Positions 58,261-64,000 of a DNA stretch of 64,000 bases are shown in pieces. Numbering within the stretch: position 1 is the stretch's first letter; each line of letters opens with the position of its first letter. The DNA comes from Nitrospirota bacterium (lineage in GTDB: Bacteria; Nitrospirota; Nitrospiria; Nitrospirales; Nitrospiraceae): assembly GCA_963703955.1 (NCBI GenBank), contig CAVPGK010000017.1, positions 64,001 through 128,000 on the forward strand, in the 5' to 3' direction. The position numbers and the translations under genes were made by a program. A model generated the notes under the pieces. That model was not told the DNA's origin. It ran no database searches and was given only the letters and a program-made list of their open reading frames with translations.

Positions 58261-59171
58261 AGTTTCTTGATGTGGAACAAGGAGCGTCCCGGGAAACGAT
58301 TCGCGCATATCGGTCAGATCTCCATCAGTTCCTTTCCTTCATGAAGTCAGGCTCTCCGGGGAAGGCTTCTCTGACGGCTCCTGACCAGATCGATGGCTTG
58401 ACCATCCGCGGCTACCTTGCCTGGTTAGACAAGAAGAAGGAGAAAAAGTCATCGTTAGCCAGGAAGCTTGCCACCCTGAGAAGCTTTTATCGGTTTCTGG
58501 GCCGGGAAGGGAGAACGAAGATCAATCCGGCAGAGGAGGTCCGCACGCCAAAACAGCTTCAACATTTACCCCGAGTCCTGACGAAGGATGATGCAGCCGC
58601 GCTCATGGAGCTTCCCGAAGGGGAGTCGATTACGGCTCTTCGTGACCGGGCGATTCTCGAAACCCTGTATTCCACCGGCGCCCGGGTCAGCGAATTGGTC
58701 GGCATCAATCTGGAGGACATGAATACGACCGACGGCGTGGTCAGACTGAGGGGCAAGGGGCGAAAGGAGCGCATCGTGCCGATCGGGGCCGTCGCTGTCG
58801 AGGCCATCAAAGAATATCTGGCATTCGTTGATCGCCTGCCCACGATTCCGCAGGTCTCGGCCGAGGCAGTTGCCCCGGTTTTTTGCAACCTCCGCGGGGG
58901 ACGTCTCACATCCCGAAGCGTGGAACGGATCGTCGCCGCGTACTCCAGCCGGCTGGCCGGAGGACGCATCAGCCCACACGCGCTTCGTCATTCTTTCGCC
59001 ACCCATTTGCTCGATGAGGGCGCCGATCTTCGGGCGATCCAGGAAATGTTGGGACATGCCACGATCGACACGACCCAAAAATATACGCATCTGGCAATGG
59101 ACCACCTTCTGAAAATCTATGACGACGCGCATCCGAGAGCGCGCCGTCGAGAGGCGGCAAAGCCCCGCTAG
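58233..59171 (+). CDS. xerC: Tyrosine recombinase XerC
   Basis: [28 protein letters not shown]; trmFO-xerC-hslVU synteny. Confidence 0.9.
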   Translation: MEDAIRAFVKFLDVEQGASRETIRAYRSDLHQFLSFMKSGSPGKASLTAPDQIDGLTIRGYLAWLDKKKEKKSSLARKLATLRSFYRFLGREGRTKINPAEEVRTPKQLQHLPRVLTKDDAAALMELPEGESITALRDRAILETLYSTGARVSELVGINLEDMNTTDGVVRLRGKGRKERIVPIGAVAVEAIKEYLAFVDRLPTIPQVSAEAVAPVFCNLRGGRLTSRSVERIVAAYSSRLAGGRISPHALRHSFATHLLDEGADLRAIQEMLGHATIDTTQKYTHLAMDHLLKIYDDAHPRARRREAAKPR

Positions 59172-59196
59172 AGCTCGAAAAGCACGGACCAACCCC

Positions 59197-59733
59197 ATGA
59201 TCATCCGATCGACAACAATATTGTGCGTCTCGCGCGACGACCGCGTCGCCATGGGCTCCGATGGCCAAGTGACCGTGGGAACGACGGTGATGAAGAGCAA
59301 CGCCCGCAAGCTCCGCCGGCTGCATAACGACAAGGTCCTCGCGGGCTTTGCCGGCGCCACCGCCGATGCGTTCACATTGTTCGAGAAATTTGAGGCCAAG
59401 CTGGAAGAGTACCGCGGAAACCTGACACGGGCCGCCGTAGAACTAGCCAAGGACTGGCGGACGGACCGAGTCCTGCGGCGATTGGAAGCCTTGCTCGCCG
59501 TAGCGGATCTCGACCATGCATTTGTCATTTCCGGCACCGGCGACGTCGTGGAACCCGAAGACGGCATCGTCGCGATCGGGTCGGGTGGCCCCTATGCCCT
59601 CGCGGCCGCGCGAGCTCTCTTGGGTCATTCGACGCTGGAAGCCCGCGCGATCGTGGAAGAGTCCATGAAGATCGCAGGCGCCATCGATATTTACACTAAC
59701 CAACAGCTTGTCATTGAGGAGTTGAAGCCCTGA
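59197..59733 (+). CDS. hslV: ATP-dependent protease subunit HslV
   Basis: STTIL, DGQVT, GFAG, GSGG. Confidence 0.97.
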   Translation: MIIRSTTILCVSRDDRVAMGSDGQVTVGTTVMKSNARKLRRLHNDKVLAGFAGATADAFTLFEKFEAKLEEYRGNLTRAAVELAKDWRTDRVLRRLEALLAVADLDHAFVISGTGDVVEPEDGIVAIGSGGPYALAAARALLGHSTLEARAIVEESMKIAGAIDIYTNQQLVIEELKP

Positions 59734-59833
59734 AAAAAGAGGGTTGGTTGACCGCCACCCCGATCTGTGTTTAGTTAGGCGACCCCTGAAAGTAATCAGG
59801 CAGCAAACAGCCAGATTGAAAGCGGACATAGCT

Positions 59834-61234
59834 ATGAATCGTAACTCCTTACCCGATAGGCACCCGGCCAGCCTCGACCGTCTGACGCCCCGCCAGATCG
59901 TGGAAGAGCTGGATCGCTATGTGATCGGCCAGCGGGATGCCAAGCGGATGGTGGCCATCGCCCTTCGGAACCGCTGGCGACGGCAGCAATTGAGCCCGGA
60001 TCTGCGAGAAGAAGTGATTCCGAAGAACATTATTATGATCGGTCCCACCGGTGTTGGAAAGACTGAAATTGCGCGAAGGCTCGCCAAACTGGCCCAGGCG
60101 CCGTTCCTGAAGATCGAGGCGTCGAAGTTCACCGAAGTAGGGTATGTCGGACGGGACGTGGAGTCGATCGTTCGTGATCTCGCTGAACTGTCCGTCGGGC
60201 TGGTTAAGGCCGCACATGTCGAGCAGGTTCAACAGAAGGCGGAGCAATTGGCGGAAGAGCGACTTCTGGACCTGCTACTTCCAGCCGTCGCCACGAAAAC
60301 GACAGTCGGGTTCGAGGAAATCGGGCAGGAGTCTCCTATCGGGGTGGATTCCTCTGACGCGACGCGCTCCAAGCTCCGACTTCAATTGCGCGAAGGCAAG
60401 CTGGACCACCGGTCCGTCGAGCTCGAGGTCAAGGAGCGGGGACTCCCGATCGGGGTCATCTCGAGCGCCGGGGGCATGGAGGAATTGGAAACCGGCCTAC
60501 GCGACATGCTGGGCGGGCTCTTTCCAGGGAAGAAAAAGAAACGGATTATGAAAGTGCCAGAAGCGCTCAAGCACCTGGCGCAGGATGAAGCGCAAAAGCT
60601 CATCGATATGGACGAAGTCGTGCGCGAGGCCGTGAACAAGGTGGAAGAAGCCGGTATTGTGTTTCTCGATGAAATCGACAAGATCGCAGGGCGTGAGAAA
60701 GGCACGGGGCCGGATATCTCGCGGGAGGGAGTTCAGCGCGATCTCTTGCCGATCGTGGAAGGATCGACCGTCAATACCAAGTATGGGCCGGTCAGGACAG
60801 ACCATATTCTGTTTATCGCCGCCGGAGCCTTCCATATCGCCAAGCCGTCCGATCTGATCCCTGAATTGCAGGGCCGCTTTCCCATCCGGGTCGAACTGGA
60901 TGCCTTGACAAAGGAGGACTTCATCCGCATCTTGACGGAGCCGCGCGGCGCGCTGGTGACTCAGTATGAAGCGCTCCTGCAGACCGAAAGCGTCGCATTG
61001 GAGTTTACCCGGGACGGGCTGGAAGAGATCGCCGCCACGGCGGTCCAGGTCAATGACCGGACTGAGAACATCGGTGCCCGTCGGCTGTTCACGATCATGG
61101 AACGGCTGCTGGAGCAGGTCCTGTTCGAGGCGCCTGACCTGAACGAACAGAAAATCGTCGTCGATGCACACTACGTGAGAGAGCGACTGAAAGAGATCGT
61201 CAAGGATGAGGATTTGAGCCGGTTTATTCTCTAA
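59834..61234 (+). CDS. hslU: ATP-dependent protease ATPase HslU
   Basis: [21 protein letters not shown]. Confidence 0.97.
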   Translation: MNRNSLPDRHPASLDRLTPRQIVEELDRYVIGQRDAKRMVAIALRNRWRRQQLSPDLREEVIPKNIIMIGPTGVGKTEIARRLAKLAQAPFLKIEASKFTEVGYVGRDVESIVRDLAELSVGLVKAAHVEQVQQKAEQLAEERLLDLLLPAVATKTTVGFEEIGQESPIGVDSSDATRSKLRLQLREGKLDHRSVELEVKERGLPIGVISSAGGMEELETGLRDMLGGLFPGKKKKRIMKVPEALKHLAQDEAQKLIDMDEVVREAVNKVEEAGIVFLDEIDKIAGREKGTGPDISREGVQRDLLPIVEGSTVNTKYGPVRTDHILFIAAGAFHIAKPSDLIPELQGRFPIRVELDALTKEDFIRILTEPRGALVTQYEALLQTESVALEFTRDGLEEIAATAVQVNDRTENIGARRLFTIMERLLEQVLFEAPDLNEQKIVVDAHYVRERLKEIVKDEDLSRFIL

Positions 61235-61287
61235 AAAACGTAGCTGGTAGCTCATACCTATCAGCGAGCTTGGCTGCGAGCGTACAG

Positions 61288-62181
61288 ATGAACAGACTGA
61301 TCAAGAAAGCCAATGTCCTCGTCGAAGCCTTGCCGTACATCCGCACCTTTGCCGAAAAGACAGTCGTGATCAAATACGGTGGCAAGGCGATGACGGAGGA
61401 AGCGCTCAAGGAAAAATTCGCCCTGGATGTGGTTCTCATGAAGTACGTGGGCCTTAACCCGGTCATTGTCCACGGGGGAGGACCTCAGATCGATCAGATG
61501 TTGGGCAAGCTGGGCATAGAGGCCAAGTTCCTGCAAGGCGTGCGGGTCACAGATCGTCCGACGATGGACATCGTGGAGATGGTGCTGGGAGGCAAGATCA
61601 ACAAGGAGATCGTGACCCTGCTCAACCGACATGGCGGCAGAGCCGTCGGGCTGACCGGCAAGGATGGGAACCTGATTTTCGCCAAGCCGTTGACGGTCAA
61701 ATCCTGGGCTGAGAGCCTCAACACGGAGCCGGAAGGAGAGCCGGACGATGATTTCGGTCTGGTGGGTGAGGTGCAAGCCGTCAACCCGAACTTGCTGGGA
61801 AAATTGCAGCAAGAGAATTTCATTCCGGTCATCGCCCCCATCGGAACCGATCGTGCCGGCCACACCTACAACATCAACGCCGATCTGGTTGCCGGCGCGG
61901 TGGCCGCCGCACTCAAGGCTGAGAAGTTGCTGGTCTTAACCGACGTCAAAGGGATCCGCAACGCCAACGGACGGCATGTGTCTACCCTGACACGGAAGGA
62001 CATGCAACGCATGGTCAAAAAAGGCACGATCAGCGCCGGCATGCTTCCCAAGGTCCATGCCTGCCTGATGGCGTTGGACGGGGGGGTCCGCAAAGCCCAC
62101 ATTATCGACGGCCGGATGCCCCACGCGATTCTCTTAGAAGTGTTCACGGACAGGGGCATCGGAACGGAAATCCTGAGCTAA
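61288..62181 (+). CDS. argB: Acetylglutamate kinase
   Basis: KYGG, VHGGG, NINAD, GMLPK. Confidence 0.96.
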   Translation: MNRLIKKANVLVEALPYIRTFAEKTVVIKYGGKAMTEEALKEKFALDVVLMKYVGLNPVIVHGGGPQIDQMLGKLGIEAKFLQGVRVTDRPTMDIVEMVLGGKINKEIVTLLNRHGGRAVGLTGKDGNLIFAKPLTVKSWAESLNTEPEGEPDDDFGLVGEVQAVNPNLLGKLQQENFIPVIAPIGTDRAGHTYNINADLVAGAVAAALKAEKLLVLTDVKGIRNANGRHVSTLTRKDMQRMVKKGTISAGMLPKVHACLMALDGGVRKAHIIDGRMPHAILLEVFTDRGIGTEILS

Positions 62182-62186
62182 CTCAC

Positions 62187-63092
62187 TTGCCTCAGGCCTC
62201 ACGTCACAGATTCCAGGCTCACCTTCAAGCTCTCGTCGGCGACCGGCATCCCCATTCAGCTCCGGCCAAGCTCAGACAAACCGCAATCTACCTCACTGAG
62301 CAATTCCGGCAGCTCGGCCTGAATGTCACATTTCACCCTTTCAAGGCGCTTGGGAGGACATATCGGAACGTCATCGCTTCCTTGCCGGTGTCACACTCTT
62401 CCGCGTCACTCCGCAGCGACGAACGAAAGAGCCCTCCGCCGTTGGTCATTGCGGCCCATTACGACACGGTACAGCATTCGCCGGGCGCGGATGATAACGC
62501 CAGCGGCCTTGCCGTCATGCTGGAAACCGCCAGAAGCCTCGTGAAGGTTTCGCTGAGCGGGGAGGTGCGGTTCATTGCTTTCTGCTTGGAGGAAGAAAAC
62601 CTGCTCGGCAGTCTGGCCTACGCGGCTCATCTCCGGGAAAGCGGTCAATTTCTCACGGGGGCCATCGTGCTGGAATGTGTCGGGTTCACGTCCTCTCAGG
62701 AAGGCTCCCAACAGAAACCACCCGGAGTGCCGATTGCCGTCCCGACCATGGGTGACTTCTTGGCGATCGTCGGCAACACGGCGTCAAGCAGGCTGGTGAC
62801 AGGCTTCGAAGCCGCGGCCAAAAAACACGTCCCTGACTTGAAAACCCTCCCGCTCGTCGTCACCGGCAATGGAGAACAACTGCCGGATACGAGGCGCAGC
62901 GATCACGCCGCCTTCTGGCATTATGGGTACCCGGCCATTATGCTGACCGATACCTCCAACTTCCGTAATGCCCATTACCATCAACCGACCGACACGATTG
63001 ACACCCTGGATCTCACATTCATGACCAGAATCGCAGATGCGGTCACAGCCGCAGCGATTGAGTTGGTTAAGCGGTCTGCTGGAGCGATCTAG
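62187..63092 (+). CDS. M28 family peptidase
   Basis: AHYD, GADDNASG, EE, SDH. Confidence 0.88.
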   Translation: MPQASRHRFQAHLQALVGDRHPHSAPAKLRQTAIYLTEQFRQLGLNVTFHPFKALGRTYRNVIASLPVSHSSASLRSDERKSPPPLVIAAHYDTVQHSPGADDNASGLAVMLETARSLVKVSLSGEVRFIAFCLEEENLLGSLAYAAHLRESGQFLTGAIVLECVGFTSSQEGSQQKPPGVPIAVPTMGDFLAIVGNTASSRLVTGFEAAAKKHVPDLKTLPLVVTGNGEQLPDTRRSDHAAFWHYGYPAIMLTDTSNFRNAHYHQPTDTIDTLDLTFMTRIADAVTAAAIELVKRSAGAI

Positions 63093-63110
63093 CTAGCGGA
63101 TTCCGATCAA

Positions 63111-63842
63111 GTGACTACCAGATCACGGCTCAAGCGTGCAACTCTTCGATCGATCGCTCAGGCTTTTGATGCCCTCGACTTTTCAGCCCTGTCGACCATC
63201 TACTGCGACGAAGGCGGCGAGGAATTCTGGAATGACCGGCGTGAGCCCTGCCAGGCGTTGGGCATCGGACTGGCAGAGATCCTTCGCGATCGACTTCGAC
63301 CGGGAGGGCGAAGTCTCTATGTGGGGGCCGGGGTTGCAGAAATTCCGGTGTTGGCCATGGAGACGCTCGATCTGCATCGAAAGGTGGCGGTCTTCAACCT
63401 CCGCGCCGAGGAAGTGTCTGTCTTGAACGCCGCATGCCGGACGCTTCCATTTCGATTTGTTCTGGGAGATGCCGGATCCGCGCGCGGGACATTCGATCAC
63501 CTGTGGATCGTCAGCGTGCTGAATGATCCCGAACGCTTTCCCGATCTGTCGGCCTTGTCATACGGGCAGGCGAATCCAGCCACGTTCAACCCGAATGCAT
63601 TCGCCCGGGAACGCAAGGCGGTCGCTGCGCTCGTGGACTCGTGTCTCAAGAAGCTGGCGCAGTCGGCTCTCGTGACCATGTCGGTCGAAGAAATACCCTG
63701 GATCACAAGCTGGTGCGACCGAAAGAAAATTGCCTGCGCGGTTGAAGAAGAGGAATACCCGACGGCGATCGTTCAAGACCCGGTGTGCTTCATCAGGGTT
63801 GGCAATGAGGCGCGCAGGAAAAACAGGAAGAAATGGAGTTAG
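63111..63842 (+). CDS. Hypothetical protein, methyltransferase-fold-like
   Basis: LYVGAGVAE glycine-rich motif. Confidence 0.65.
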   Translation: MTTRSRLKRATLRSIAQAFDALDFSALSTIYCDEGGEEFWNDRREPCQALGIGLAEILRDRLRPGGRSLYVGAGVAEIPVLAMETLDLHRKVAVFNLRAEEVSVLNAACRTLPFRFVLGDAGSARGTFDHLWIVSVLNDPERFPDLSALSYGQANPATFNPNAFARERKAVAALVDSCLKKLAQSALVTMSVEEIPWITSWCDRKKIACAVEEEEYPTAIVQDPVCFIRVGNEARRKNRKKWS

Positions 63843-64000
63843 AACCCCACCTTCGGCCGCTCGGGACCGGCGAGATACTGACGGGAGTACCTGACGTAGT
63901 TCTGGGCAGATTCTCTGATCCATGCAAGCTCTTCGTTGGTGACCGGTCGCTTAACCTTGGCCGGAGAACCGACGATCAGACTCTTCGGAGGCACAGTGGT
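63839..64000 (-). CDS. Gamma carbonic anhydrase/YrdA family protein, 3' end only
   Basis: TVPPKSLIVGSPAKVKRPVTNEE...SAQNYV. Confidence 0.8.
   Translation of the reverse strand, partial: TTVPPKSLIVGSPAKVKRPVTNEELAWIRESAQNYVRYSRQYLAGPERPKVGF

Noticed and set aside
58233..59171. Tyrosine recombinase as a prophage or island integrase
   Set aside because: Housekeeping trmFO-xerC-hslVU context and no phage genes
1..64000. CRISPR array, rRNA or transposase genes
   Set aside because: No regularly spaced repeats, rRNA-like sequence or transposase ORFs seen

Overview
GC-rich bacterial chromosome segment, most likely Nitrospira/Nitrospirota (inferred from For/Por-type 2-oxoacid:ferredoxin oxidoreductase subunits and small Nitrospira-like ORF families). 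Positions 1 to ~29.9 kb form a mosaic accessory region of small and stress-type genes: 2x CsbD, YihY, a Crp/Fnr regulator, extra OGOR/POR subunits with ErpA and IscU, Kup, a CPA1 antiporter, a ferredoxin, micro-proteins and gene relics. Three recurring non-coding elements run through it. (i) Eight copies of a TGAGC-N6-GAYCA palindrome at fixed spacing upstream of a -10 box (class II Crp-type promoter geometry). (ii) Six copies of a ~100-130 nt pyrimidine-rich structured RNA that begins at predicted sigma70 start sites and shows compensatory base changes. (iii) Two copies of a second ~250 nt leader. From 30 to 47.8 kb lie CbiX, Xth, IMPase, PilZ/GGDEF, an OMP, NUDIX, an SDR, a CCAEP-tail radical SAM/DUF169/ATP-grasp operon, an O-methyltransferase, a trypsin-like protease, decayed TIR and VapBC genes, and an MFS transporter. 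From 48 to 64 kb is core genome: ettA, tRNA-Ser, ffs, dnaX-ybaB-recR, dksA, tRNA-Val, trmFO-xerC-hslVU-argB, with several MITE-like inserts in the right half. All calls come from reading the sequence; no database searches were run.
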